64,000 nt of DNA, taken from Hyaloraphidium curvatum SAG 235-1. Lineage: Eukaryota > Fungi > Monoblepharomycota. Location: positions 62,001 to 126,000 of the forward strand of contig JAIVFI010000028.1 in NCBI GenBank assembly GCA_025558095.1, in the 5' to 3' direction. The notes beneath the pieces were generated by a model. It saw only the letters and a program-made list of their open reading frames with translations, was not told the origin of the DNA and made no database searches. A program made the position numbers and the translations under genes. Below, one piece after another: positions 31,987 to 44,145 of this stretch (position 1 is the first letter of the stretch; each line of letters begins with the position of its first letter).

Positions 31987-34565
31987 TCACCCCGCCGCCT
32001 TCCTCCCCCTTCCCATTCCCAGCAATCTCCTCACCTCGTCCGCCTCGTCCACTTCCCCTTTCCCCGCCCCCGCAAACGGCGCCATCCCCGCCGCCAGCAT
32101 CTCGGCCAGGTGGGGCGGCTCGCAAGGCAGGAAGTTGCCCACCACTGCGGCGGGAGCGCCGGACCAGGGTTCGCGGTGCACGGTGAAGGAGGCGGAGCAG
32201 CGGATGGTCCCAGTGCCGGGGCGGAGACGGTTGGTGAGCGAGAGCGGGAGCATCCCCGCCTTGCGCGAGGGATCGGCGGCGACCCCTACGAACGCCTCGT
32301 AGAGCGCCGCGGCTGACGCGCCGTCCAAGAGCTCGTACACGGCCCAGCCCTTGCTGGTGCGGCCCGCGGGGACCGGCGAGGCGCCCAGCAGTTCCTCCAC
32401 GGGGACGCCGACCAGCGCGGCAAACTCGCGGTTGGCCCGCAGCAGCTCCCCCGTGCGGCGCCACATGGCTGCCGGGACGCCCGTGGCAGAAAAGAGCCGG
32501 TCGGCGAGCAGGCAAAGCCGCTCGGTGTGCTCGGCAGAAAGCAGCGGCCCCTGGGCGTCGGCGGCGCGATCGTCGTACGCGTTCCACAGCTCCCCCACGC
32601 TCGCGCGCACGCGATCCCGCTCGGAGGCGGGCCAGCCACTCGAGTCGTCGAGCCACTTGAGCAGGCGGGCGTAGCCGCCGGCGTGCGAGTGCGGCGCGAG
32701 GAGACCGGCACGGTGCTTGAGCTCCAGAATGGCCGTCAGAGAGGCGCAGGCGTCGGGGTCGGCGAGGGTGGTGGCGGCGGAGGATGCGTCGCCGGCCGCG
32801 AGCAGGTAGAACCTAGAACGGCGAGGGTCGTCAGCCGGCCGAACACATGACAGCAGCCGACGAAACCAACCTGTCTTTGAGGCTGAACGGGCACCCCTCG
32901 CACGCCTCGTCCGGCCCGTGCATCCCGAAGCACGCCGGCGCCACCTGCCCCCCAAAGCCCGGCCCCTGCGCCGCCGACTCTGCCCTCCGCCTTGTCGCCT
33001 TCTTCCCCCTCCCCTGGGAATGCGACGCCGCTGCGCTCGCCCCATCGTCTTCCCCACCCGTGCCGCCCGCTGATCCGAACACCAGCATGTCCACGAACCG
33101 CGAGTTGCCCAGGTCCTCGATGTCGAACCCGATCGGATCCGGCAGGGCCGAGAGTTGCTGCGGGGGGTCCATCATGCGCGAGGTCCAGTCCGAGGGGGCC
33201 ACAGAGGCGCCGTCGTCCTCCATTGGGTGCGGGTCAGCGGGAGGAACAAAGTCGCCGCCGGCGAGGAGGTCCGCTGCGAGGGCGTCGAGGTCGGTGAGCT
33301 CGGCGAGCATGGGGTTCGAGGAGGCCGCGAGGGGGGCGCCGGCATCGGCAGAAGAAAGGCCGCTGGTTGCGAACGAGCCGGCTTGCGCGAGCGCGGGGGA
33401 GGGGCCAAAGGGCAGGTAAGGCACCTGCGGGCCGAAGGAGAGCTGGGCGAGGAGCTCGGCAGGGAGGGCGCCGGCGTCGAACTGCCCCGGGACGAAGGCC
33501 TGCGGCTGCGGCTGCGACTGCGGTGCAGGGCGCGCCTGCTTCGGCCGCTTGGTCACGTTGGGGCGGATGATGCCCGAGATGCGGGCAGCGGGAGGTTCCT
33601 CGGTCCTGGGGGTGGGTGCTTCAAAGGGCGACTGCGGGTCCGTGGGGGACAGGCTCGAGGCGAACGACTCCACCCTCGAAACCCGCGGCGAAAAGACGGA
33701 CGAGACGGGTGTGGCCACGTCCTCGTCCATGGTGCACTCGAATTCGTCGGCCTTGCCCGAGTTCTGGAGCCGGCGGAGCTCCGCGAGCCGGGCCTTTTCC
33801 CGGGCCTTGGGGCCCTGCCCCCGCGGAGCCGGCACCTTGGGCACCGAGTCGACGCAGACGAGGCCCTTGCGGGCGCACCGCAGACAGGGGCGGAAAGGGT
33901 CGCAGGAGAGCTGGGGCGCGACGGGGGCGTGTCAGCAAAAACAGCAACGACGGATACGACGAAGAAAAGCCCACGTGAGACCGCTTGCAGTGCGTGCACG
34001 AGTTGGGCACCTTTCTTCGCTTCTTCCCGTCAGCCTCGGCGCCATCGCCCGCCCCGGCGCCGTTCCCGTCGTCCGACGCCGCCGCGCTGTCCGCCGTCTC
34101 GGACTTGACCCGCGTCCGCACCCCCGGCGACGCCGCCTTCCTGCCGCCGGCGTTTCTCGGCGAGGCGGTTCCCACGACAGGTTTCGGCACGGCCGGCGGT
34201 GCGATTGTGGGCATTTCTGCGCCAGGGTGAAGGTTCCGAGGTCCGCCGTCCGGGAAGGCCGATTCGGCTTCCTCGGGTGCCCACCCCGCCGGGCCCTCCA
34301 CCGCCGCTCCAATATGCTGGAATTCCCCGCCGAAATTGTTGAAAGGGCCGGGCGAGTCGAACGCCGCGTCCATCGCGTCGGCCTGGCCGCCCGGCATCTC
34401 TCCGCCGCACTCCGACTCGCCGTCGCCGTCCGCGTTCAGGCAGCAGCCGGGCCCGCCGGGGTTGCGGCAGCACAAATCGCCGCCGAACGCGAACGCGCCG
34501 CTGCCGACCGCCGAGTGCGACACGAAGCCCGCGGGCTCGTCGGGCTGCGAAGGCTGCGGGGCCAT
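31987..34565 (-). CDS. Zn(II)2Cys6 transcription factor of the Ert1/Rds2/AcuK-AcuM type (C-terminal PAS-like domain)
   Basis: The Zn cluster CTHCKRSH..|CDPFRPCLRCARKGLVC is split by an intron. The C-terminal region has MWRRTGELLRANREF and CSASFTVHRE..P..VVGNFLP. The start codon is uncertain. Confidence 0.8.
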
Positions 34566-35016
34566 CGCGGCGGGAGGGCCGACCGGAGCGGCCTGGGAAC
34601 CGGGCACCTCCTAGGCAGAGAGATGAGGTCCGCGAAGACGGCCTAGGAGGACCGCATAGGCCTCTGGCTCGCGGGTTGGGCGCTCGGAGAAAAGGGTCGT
34701 TGCGGCTCGTGCGGACCAATCATGCGGCCGGAGGCAAAGCCCCCCCCCGGAAACATCCTCACGGCCTGATCGCGGACGATCGGCCGCAGCTGTCGTACTT
34801 CTCTGGCCATGCTAGAGCTCGGAAACCGGAGCATGGGCATTTCCCGCGCTTCATCTCGGATTCCGGCGACCGGTCGCCCGCCCTCGACACGTGAAGGGAG
34901 GGTTAACCAATCACTCCACCATCTACGTCCATGACATCAGGCAGGGTATCACCGAAACAGTTGCAGAAGACAGATACAGAGCACATACTGCCCCCTTGTC
35001 CCAGCCCTCGTCCGCA

Positions 35017-36903
35017 TCAATCCATGACCCCGAGCACGTCCAGCACCCACGCAAACCACCTCCCCCTCTCTTCCGCGTCGCACAGCACGAACTGCCCCGC
35101 GCACCATTCCATCAGTGCCTTCTGCGAGGCGTAGAACGAGTCCAACGGGACGCCGGCAGCCAGCAGGGCCGCGAGGCCGATGTAGGCCAGGTCCAGGATG
35201 GGCGGGAGGTCCACCTTGGACCGCCCGGGGGAGGTGAACTTATAGAACGTCCCGTAGGTCTCCAGCCCTTTGCCGAAACGGCCGAGCTGCGCGGCCACGG
35301 CGGGGAGGAACCTACCCTGATCCAGCGTCGTGTTGAGCCCCTTGAGCTTGGCGATGGGGATGCGGTGGTCCCCGTAGCTCCCCAGCACGAACGGCCGCCC
35401 CGTTCCCGCGAGCGCGGCGTTCAGCCTGCCCAGCGCGTACGAGCTCTCGTTGATCCGCACCAGGTAGGTCTGCAGGTTCACCACCTCGTTGGCGTCCTTG
35501 ACCCAGGGGAACCGGTTCGTCTGCCAGAAAACGGGCAGCCACGGCAGGGGCCGGTAGTCGTGCGGGCGGTGGTTGTTGATGGTGAGCATGAAGACGAAGA
35601 GCGGCCGACCCTGGGACCGCAAGGATTCCGTCACGTTGAGCGCCGCCTGGAAGATCTTCCAGTCGGGCACGTGGTACCCGTTCCCCCACCCGAAATGCAC
35701 GGCGTCGTACAGCCGGTCGAACCCGTAGGACCTATAGGCCGCCCTGGTGTTGAGCTCCGCCGCGATGCCCGGGTACACCGCCACCGTGACGTAACCCAGG
35801 CTGCGCAGGTAACCTCCCAGGGAATGCCTCATCCTCGGGGCGAGCGTGAAGGGCGCGTACTCTGGCGCGGCCCCCCGGAAGGACCACGGGAGGAACCCGC
35901 TGTGCGCGGCGCACTCGACCATCCAGGTGCCGTACCCGTTGGCCGAGGACCGCAGCACGCCGATTGCCAGGGTGTCGTTGTCCGGGAGGAACATGGAAGG
36001 GCGGCAGAGCGAGGTGATGTTGCACGCGGCCCAGGTGTAGGGATCCCACGCGGATTCCTCTTGGATCAGCCAGATGTCCGGGGGCGATCCCGGTGCCGAG
36101 GGCGGCGGGTCGACGAGGGTCGACCCGAACGCCTCGCGGGCTTCGGCGACGGAGCTCCGTTCGGGCCAGACCACCGAGAGGTACTGCATGTTGAACACAA
36201 AGTTGGACAGCGAGGTCGACCTGTTGGTGAGGGCGCCCCACATGACACGCGGGTAGTCGATCAGGCGCCAGGCTGCCTGGAACACGAGGCCGGTTCCGAC
36301 CACGACCGCCAACAGCCTCCAGAAGGGCCAGCGGGTTCCGCCGAAACAGCCCAAGACCCGGTACCATACGCCCCACCAACCCCGGTGGAGCACGTCGGCC
36401 CCCCGTGCGTCGTCCACATCCCGTTCAGCGCGCGTCAGGGGCTCCAACAGCTCCAGTCCGTCGGCTTCCAACGACGCTTCTGTTCGTAAAGGAGTGCGGC
36501 CCGGGCCGGGAGACTCGAGGATCCACGTGCCGGCCAGCGCGGCGCAGAACACCGCGGCGACGAGCAGCGCGCCGAGGAGCACCTCCGGAAAGTCGCCGAC
36601 GACCGTGAGCGCCGACTGCAGCAGGAAGTACACGTCGTAGGGCAGCAGCGGGCTCGCGGTGTAGGAGAACTTGGCGGCCGAGGCGAGCTGCTGCCCCGCC
36701 AAAATGGCCGCGGAAAAGAGCAGCCCGAATCCCGGCCTTCCTGAAGCACCGACGGCAGCGAGCGCCAGGCCGACCGCGAGGACGCAGTCCCAAAAGGCGT
36801 CGCGCCAGAGCGCCTCGGCCCGCGACAGCGCGACGAGGACGCCGAAGAAGAACAGCAGGGCCGCCCCGCGGACCGCCGTCAGCGGCCGCGCGAGGGGGCC
36901 CAT
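35017..36903 (-). CDS. LTA synthase-family / sulfatase-like membrane phosphotransferase, intronless, bacterial-like
   Basis: N-terminal TM helices, then PDIWLIQEES, GYGTWMVE (catalytic Thr), YGFD, LTINNHRPH and YGDH. Confidence 0.8.
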   Translation of the reverse strand: MGPLARPLTAVRGAALLFFFGVLVALSRAEALWRDAFWDCVLAVGLALAAVGASGRPGFGLLFSAAILAGQQLASAAKFSYTASPLLPYDVYFLLQSALTVVGDFPEVLLGALLVAAVFCAALAGTWILESPGPGRTPLRTEASLEADGLELLEPLTRAERDVDDARGADVLHRGWWGVWYRVLGCFGGTRWPFWRLLAVVVGTGLVFQAAWRLIDYPRVMWGALTNRSTSLSNFVFNMQYLSVVWPERSSVAEAREAFGSTLVDPPPSAPGSPPDIWLIQEESAWDPYTWAACNITSLCRPSMFLPDNDTLAIGVLRSSANGYGTWMVECAAHSGFLPWSFRGAAPEYAPFTLAPRMRHSLGGYLRSLGYVTVAVYPGIAAELNTRAAYRSYGFDRLYDAVHFGWGNGYHVPDWKIFQAALNVTESLRSQGRPLFVFMLTINNHRPHDYRPLPWLPVFWQTNRFPWVKDANEVVNLQTYLVRINESSYALGRLNAALAGTGRPFVLGSYGDHRIPIAKLKGLNTTLDQGRFLPAVAAQLGRFGKGLETYGTFYKFTSPGRSKVDLPPILDLAYIGLAALLAAGVPLDSFYASQKALMEWCAGQFVLCDAEERGRWFAWVLDVLGVMD

Positions 36904-37495
36904 GGGTATGTTTGGGCCGAGTCAACAGCCCCGCGGATCCCCCTGCGTGAGGAGCTGACTCGGTGGCCCCCTCCGCATGGGCTCTACGAATCGCGACAAT
37001 TCGATCCGGTGCCATCTTCCTCGCAGCTGGAGAGGCGGTTCCCGATATTCGCCCTACCACCGCGTCCATCGCGGTGCTGATTTCGACCTGCCAGCGGATC
37101 TCCCAACAACAATCCCACGTTCGAAGCAAAACTGCGTTGTGCCGACGCCACATGAAGGCGGGGTGAGGATCTTTTCGAGCTGTAGATGACGATGACAGGT
37201 GGAGGAGTGGAATGCTCGGGATTGCAGTTGGGCAGCAGCCAGCACCAGAGCGGAGTCCGAACTCGGGCAAAGGCGCTCACGAAACTCGTTGTACCGCCGG
37301 ATGGATAAAGGTACAACTAGGAGGATGGTTCGGAGCACAACAATGGAAGCTTCCAACGGCCGTCAACTTCGCGCTTTCAAGGGGGGCGCCAATCAACTGC
37401 TGACCAGCCAGTGGCTGACACGAGGCGCAATGGCCGGCCCTCCGCTCCCCCTTTTCCTCCCCAGCCGCGCCGCGCTCGCTCTCGCCGACGCCGAC

Positions 37496-38850
37496 ATGGG
37501 CGCGCGCCGCACCCTCTCGCTGCTGCTCGCGCTCGCCGCCGTTGCGGCGCTGCTCTTCCCGGCGGGCGCGGCCGCGTTCCAGGTCACGTACCGCGTCAGC
37601 TGGACCGCCGCGCCCGGCGTCCCTCCCGGCTGCCGGCCCGCCACGCTGGGGAGCGTCTCCGCGCAGGGTGCCAATTGGGGGCAGCTCTACACCGCGATCC
37701 TGCCCGGCAGCTGCCGCGCCGGCACGCCCAGGACGTTCGCCGCCGCACAGGCGGCTTGCCGCCTCACGACCACCACGCCCTCCGGAACCCACTACATCGG
37801 GTCTTTTTGCGTCAACGTCCCGCACAACCGGCTGCCCGCTTACAGGGGTATCCTGGGCCTGCCCATCGACGAACCCCTCTACCAGGCTCTGCAGGTTGCA
37901 AAGACCTTCAACCAAGGACGGCACCCCGCCGTCGAAATCGACTACAGTGGCGCAAACCAGATGGGCAGCGTTCCCGGCTGTCCGAACTTCTCGAGGCCGC
38001 CGAGCAGGATCGGAGACCTCACCAGCTGGGCCAAATTCGTCGCCTTCGGCCCCAGGACGGGTTGCGAAGGCGGCAGGCCGTCTAGCGTACGTTGCGCTGA
38101 CGGTTTCATCATGGGCTGCTCGCAAGCAAGCAATATCCGTGGGTGCCTCGGTCGTTCCGCGGACGATAGCGGCCGCTGATCGGCGGACGCCTCCCGGCCG
38201 GTTCAGGCAACAACCCGGCCGTGCGGGCTGACGTCAGGAACTACCCGATCCCGGGGATGAAGTACACGACGACCAAGAGGGTCGCCCGAACCACCACACG
38301 GCGGCCGCCTCCCGGGGTGAAAGCGACCACGGCCCGTCCGCCGACGACGACCGCCGCCCGCCCGACGACCACCACCCCGCCTCCCGGGGTGAAAGCGACC
38401 ACCGCCCGTCCCACCACAACCGCCGCCCCGACGACCACCACAACCGCCGCGCCGCGCTGCGGGCAGTGCCCCGCCGGGACCGCATGCTCCTTTGACGCCG
38501 CGGCGGCCGTCAACCTGACCTCCACCCTCGACCTGCGGGTCGGACGGGTCTGCAGCTTCGCGGAGGAGGCCTTCCCCGCCGGAATCTGCTGGCTCAACCA
38601 GCCCGGCAACACGATCGAGAGCTGCTCCGCGCAGTGCGTCGCCTCCTGCGTCGCAGCGGCTCCCGGCCGCCCCGCACCTGGCCTCGGGTTTCCGATAACT
38701 GCGTACATGTACCTCGAGAAGGGTGCCGGGGACGGTGCGACATACGGGCTCTGCCTGTGTGGGCAAAAGTGCTACGTAGGCGACAACCCGTCGTCGACAA
38801 CGTTGGGGAACTTTGCTTTCGAGATCCCGGGGGGTTGCAGGGCGCCCTAG
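37496..38850 (+). CDS. Secreted Cys-rich protein with Thr/Pro-rich linker, unknown function
   Basis: Signal peptide MGARRTLSLLLALAAVAALL. A phase-1 intron at ~38139-38206 joins two ORFs. Cys-rich N- and C-terminal domains. Confidence 0.7.
38304..38450 (+). repeat. Intragenic tandem duplication encoding PPPGVKATTARP(P)TTT twice
   Basis: ccgcctcccggggtgaaagcgaccac occurs twice, ~72 nt apart. Confidence 0.8.
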
Positions 38851-39126
38851 GAAGAGCGGCTCGGGAGGTGGCAGATTGGGGACATGGGACGTTTCGCAGC
38901 CGTGCATCATGAATCTTATGTAGCAGAGCCATCGTTTGGAGAGGCTGTCCCCCGTGACCTGTGCTTGTCAAACCAGCTAGGGACAGGGACGAGTCGACGG
39001 TCGCGCACAATCGGAAGATCGGAGCTTCCACCCTGAGAAGTGCTAGCAGGCCGCTCAGCAGCTGTTTCTGCTCGCACTCCGGTCGTTTGCTTCGGAGCAC
39101 ACGGGCGTGCCCGCACCGAGTCCGGC

Positions 39127-39552
39127 ATGCCGCGCGGGAAGGTCAAGCGCCGCTGCGAGCTCGGCGCGTCGTGCCCGTACCGCAACGAGCACCAGCACAT
39201 CTGGGAGTTTTCGCACGGGGAGGAGGAAGCCGACAAGGGAAAGAGCTCGTCGTCGCCGAAGAAGCGCGGGAGGCCGGCCAAGTTTCCCGGCGAGGGCGTG
39301 GTGCTCAAGTCGGGGGAGCCGCCCAAGAAGCGGCAGCGCAAGCCGAAGGAGAGCGACGGAAGGACGCTGGGCGAGCAGCCTGCTGCGAAGGAGCCGAAGC
39401 CGAAGCCGTCGAATCCCAAGCCGCCGGCGGCGAACAGCGGTGCCGCCGCGATGTGGCCCAAGGAAGTGCTGAGCGCCGGAAACATCCCGAAGATGCCGGC
39501 CTCTAAAGTCAAACAGACGAAAGTCAAGAAGGAGGTCGTCGTCATCGACTAG
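39127..39552 (+). CDS. Small basic protein with PBZ-like zinc finger, AT-hook and SIM-like C-terminus
   Basis: KRRCELGASCPYRNEHQHIWEFSH, KKRGRPAK and a C-terminal EVVVID. Confidence 0.65.
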   Translation: MPRGKVKRRCELGASCPYRNEHQHIWEFSHGEEEADKGKSSSSPKKRGRPAKFPGEGVVLKSGEPPKKRQRKPKESDGRTLGEQPAAKEPKPKPSNPKPPAANSGAAAMWPKEVLSAGNIPKMPASKVKQTKVKKEVVVID

Positions 39553-39742
39553 GCGGAAGGCTGTTCGTCTTCTCCGTTCTTTGTTTGGACAGGGCTGCGA
39601 GCATGGAACTCCACGAGGTGGTGAAGGAGCGGGAGGCCGGGTGGCCGTTGGCGACATGAGAACCTTGATTCCGTGTTCAAAGATGATTGCATCGATTGTA
39701 GTAGCAGCATATACCATCTACGGCTTCGTCTCTTGCCCCTCT

Positions 39743-41310
39743 TCATGCCACGGCCGCAATCACTCCAGCGCCGACGCCGCTGCCGTCCTTTCCCAGCTCC
39801 AGCTTGACTTTGGAACCCGTCTCCTCCCCGAGCAGTTCCACGATTGCCTTCTTCATTCGCTTTTGGAAATGCGCTGTGGAAAGGGGGGATCGTCAGCGGA
39901 AGGCGTGAGTGCAACGCAAACGAAAGCCCACGGTAGTGTTCGAAGACGCTCCCATCGACTGCGACAGTGCACGCCTTCCCCATGTGCTCGATGAGTCCGG
40001 CGACGATTCCGCCGCAGAGGAACGCCGACCGTTTCCCGACCGCGTCAAAGATCGCCACCAGGCCCAAGTTGTCCGTCTCGGACGTCTTGATCCCGATCGT
40101 CTCCTCGAAAAAGGCCGACAGCTCGACCAGCGGCTTCGCGCCGGCGCGGGAGAGGATCTCCGTGTCGAGCGAATGCCGCTCCTGGAACTTTTCGGCTAGC
40201 GGCTGGCCCTTGCAAAGCGCGCCGCGGGCGTGTAGGTCCAGGATGGCGTGGCGGGCAATCTCCCCGAGGTACTTCCCCGAGACGAGCTTCTCGATCCATT
40301 GCTCCTTCGGGGCCGTGGAGTTGTCGATTGTCGCCTTGTCGTACCTGTGCCGCACGACGTGTCAAGGTCTGAGTCAATGAACCAAACGCAGGCCTCACTT
40401 GGTCAAAGGAAGAATGTTGGACTCGCTCCCAAAGTTGCCGCACTCCAGGTTGATGACCATCCACTCTGCATCCTTTGCCCTCTTTCCCCCCATCTTGGTC
40501 ACCTTCTCCCGCTTCTCCGCGTAGCACGCGTTGCTCCCCGTCCCCACGATCATCCCGATCCTCGTGTCCACATCCTTGACGGCGTACGCCATCATCGTCC
40601 CGACCGTGTCGTTGACCAGCGCGGCCACGTGCACGTTGGGCAGGCCGACCTTGACGCAGGCCGCCTGGAGCAGCGCGACGACGTCCTCGCCGACCACGCC
40701 GGGCGCGTTGAAGCCCTTGGTCCAGGCGATGAGCTTCCCCGAGTCGAGCGAGGTCTGCTGGACCGGGAACGAAAAGGTGAAGCCGAGCTCGATCTGGCCG
40801 CCCTTGCCGCCCTCGATGGGCCGCTTGTCCAGGAAGGTTTTGATGGACTGGGCGAGGAAGTCGAAGAGGAGGTCCTTGCTGGCCTTGGCCTCGGCCGGGA
40901 TGGCGAACTTTTCCTGGTCCAGCTCCACTGTGCCCTTGTCCATCTTCACGGAGCAGACCCTGAAGTTGGTCCCGCCCAGGTCGAGGGCGAGCGAGGTCGC
41001 CTTGAGGTCGGCAGGGGGGAGAGCCGTCACGTAGGAAGGTAAACATCGAATTTGCTGTTGGGGAGGTCGTCGTGACCGGCGTTGCGAGTGCAGGGCCGAG
41101 GCAGTCGACAGGCGGAAATGAGAACAGTCAGACGCCGACGACCACATGGAAGCGTAGCATGACGACGGTTACCTGTCCATCCTTTTCGAGCCCTTTGCTC
41201 ACTTCGCCCTTGAAGGCGTCCACGATCCCGCGGAGCTTGCCCGGGGTCAGCTCGAACTCTTTGACTACATCGAGCACCTCGGCCGGCACCTGCTCGGGGC
41301 AAAGCGCCAT
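39743..41310 (-). CDS. Hexokinase, multi-exon
   Basis: LALDLGGTNFRV, LGFTFSFP, WTKGF, VNDTVGT, GTGSNACY, INLECGNFG, EKLVSGKYLGE, DGSVFEHY and DGSGVGA. Confidence 0.95.
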
Positions 41311-41537
41311 CGGGACGGTAAGCTTCTCAATGAACATGTAGCGATGGCGAGAACAAGGCACCTGAGGCGGCATGGCGAGCGAGCTTCCTGAAAGTCAAGG
41401 GGTTTCTCCGCAGGCCCTGAAGAGCTCTTGCTGCGCAAAGGTGTCTCCCTGCTTCTAGTGCCCAACGGACTGGCCTTGAAGTGGCTTCGATTTGATTGAA
41501 AGACTCCATACACTGCTTTGTAACTCCTGGAGGACCC

Positions 41538-42945
41538 ATGCCGGCGGACCCGCCCACTTCGGACGCAACGGTCGCACTCCTTCTCACCGGACCAAAAGAG
41601 CTCTCGCTGGGCCCCTTTCCGGCCCCGGAACTGGCACCTGATCATGTCTTGGTGAAAGTGAAGGTGCGATGCTGTGACACTAGGTGGTTCAGACCTCGGT
41701 CTCATTGGAGATGGCGCTTCGAAGACGGTCGGCATTTGCGGTTCCGATGTCTCCTACTGGAGCAAGGGCAAGAACGGCCTGCGGGTGATCAAGGAGCCGC
41801 ACATCCTGGGCCACGAATCGGCGGGCGAAATCGTCGCTCTCGGTGCCGAGGTGGCAAAGGAGGGGAGCCTGGCCGTCGGCGCCCGGGTCGCGGTCGAGCC
41901 GAGCATCGGCTGCATGAAGTGCGACGGTTGCAAAAGGTGTCCGTACATCGTCGACTGAGTGCCTTTAGCTGACACCCGAGTCCGTACGACAGGGGTTACT
42001 ATAACGTCTGCCCGACGATCATCTGTTAGTGGCTGCTCTCGCCGGCGAGAAACGCTCCAGCTAACCCTTGAATCGCAGATGGCGGAACCCCGCCCAACCA
42101 CGGCTCCTTCCGGACCCTCATATCCCACCCCGCGACCTTCATCCACCCCCTCCCGCCCTCGATTTCCTACGAGGAGGGCGCTTTCCTCCAGCCCCTCAGC
42201 ATAGTCGTCCACGCAATCAAGCGCGTGGGCATGAAGGGCGGGGACAAGGTGTTCATTGCCGGCGCCGGGCCCATCGGCACCTTGTGCGCACTGCTCGCGA
42301 CGATACATGGGGCCAGGCACGTCACGGTGACGGACATCAACGCCTCGAGGCTCGCGATCACCGCTTCGCTGGTTCCGGGGCTGCGGACGATCCATGTGAC
42401 CCCCGAGCTACTCGCGGATCCGCCGGCGGTGGCGAAGATGGTCGTCGAGGGGGACCGGGAGGGCTCGGAAGGGCTCTGCGAGGTGACGCTGGACTGTGTC
42501 GGGACCAAAGAGGCCGTCGAGGCCTGTGTGGCAAGCACGGGAATCGGAGGGAGCGTTCTCCTGCTGGGAATGGGCGGTGGCGGCAAGGTGGACCTTCCCG
42601 TGGCCATTGTCCAGGCGAGGGAGGTGGGTTTCGCCGTAATCCGCAATCGTTGGTGCCGATTTCAATCATTGCCGTCGGAAGATCGACCTCAAGGGCTTGT
42701 TGCGGACGCGAAATGGGTACCATGCGGCCATCGAGCTCGTGCGGTCAGGGAAAGTGGACTTGAAAAAGCTCATCACGCACAGGTACGACTTTACCCTGGA
42801 GGTGGGTGGCAACTGCGCCTTGCAACTCTGTAGGGTTTCTGGCGCTCACGGAATCGTATTCTGCTCGGCACAGAACGCGAAGGAGGGGTTCGAAGCCATG
42901 TATCGCGGCGAGTCGATGAAAGTCATCTTCAACCTGGACAAGTGA
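41538..42945 (+). CDS. Sorbitol/xylitol (polyol) dehydrogenase, multi-exon
   Basis: VGICGSDV, LGHESAG, RVAVEP..C..C..C, GAGPIG and LITHRY. Confidence 0.9.
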
Positions 42946-43164
42946 GACACCAAGGCCGAGGAGGACAACCCAGATCAAGCGAACAAGCGAGAAAAGAAGC
43001 GTGGATTCCCTGGATTCCCAATTTTCTGTACAGTGCAGCCGAGAAGAGACTTTGTCCTCCGTCGTTGCGAAAGAGCCCGAGGTCGCCCCGAATCCAACAG
43101 AGTCCCGTCATTCCCACAGCCGCAGCAACCGACATTGTCGGCAGCAGCAAGTCCGTGGCCGCAA

Positions 43165-43611
43165 TCACTTGCTGTCCTTCTTGGCCTCGGGAAGGTCGAT
43201 GCCCTTGTCCTTCAGGGCCTGCTCCATCTGCTTCATGCGGTCGAGCATCTTCTGGATCTATGACATGCCGGAACAAGCAGAGATCAGATACTCGGCCGAT
43301 TCCGGCGCGATGGAGGCAGGATGGCACCACGGAGTCGAGCCCTCAGGCGCCGTGGTGTCCCCCTCTGTTTCACCCACCAGCTCCTTGTCGTGCTGGTAGA
43401 CCCACTGGTCCTCCATGGCGCCCTCGCGGCTGCCGAACACACCGCCACTCCCGGCGCTGCCGTATGTCACGCCGGTGTTGGGCAGCTGGTTGTAGCCGAC
43501 CGTCGTCTTCGGCGCCTCGGGCTCCGCCGGCTTCTTCGGCGCGGCGGCGACCGAAGCGGACGAGAAGGCGCGGACGGGCAGGCGCGCGGCGCGGAGGCGG
43601 AGGGCGAGCAT
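43165..43611 (-). CDS. Mitochondrial ATPase inhibitor (IF1/Inh1-like)
   Basis: Arg-rich presequence, then GGVFGSREGAMEDQWVYQHDKEL|IQKMLDRMKQ; intron 43377-43258. Confidence 0.75.
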
Positions 43612-43689
43612 CGCGGTGGCGTGGGGTGTGACTGGGCGAAACGGGGTTCGTTGCGCGGCGTTGACGGCGCCACCGCACGTCAACCCGCG

Positions 43690-44104
43690 ATGGCGGAACC
43701 CCCGTCCTCAACCAAGGAGCAGCTCTCGGAATCGGGATCAGAGGGCTTGAAAGGGGTCGGACATGTGTCCCAGTTCTCGCTCGTTCATCCGGAGCCACTT
43801 CAGGCGCCTGAAATGAGCGGCGTAGCGGAGGCCGCGGACCGGGCCAAGGACTCGTTCCAGAGCGGCCTCAAGTCGGCTGACGAAGAAGTGCAGAAGGCAA
43901 AGGATGCCTCTGTGTCGTCTACCGTGACGCGAATGGACTGGGGCGCGGGTGCGGCGATGGGGACGATGCCGGCAGTGGACGACGTGTCGATCGTGAGAAG
44001 CCCGCCCTCTGCCAAGGTGCCGCCCCGACCTGCGGCAGCAGCGTCGACTGAACAGCTCATCCGCGTGCTCCCTCCAGGACAGCGAGCTTCCATCCAACGG
44101 CTAG
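43690..44104 (+). CDS. Small hypothetical protein (3 exons inferred)
   Basis: ATG at 43690, two plausible GT-AG introns and a stop at 44102-44104. It lies divergent from IF1. Confidence 0.4.
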
Positions 44105-44145
44105 GTGACCACCATTGTCGATTGACTAGCTTTTTCAAACGAAGT

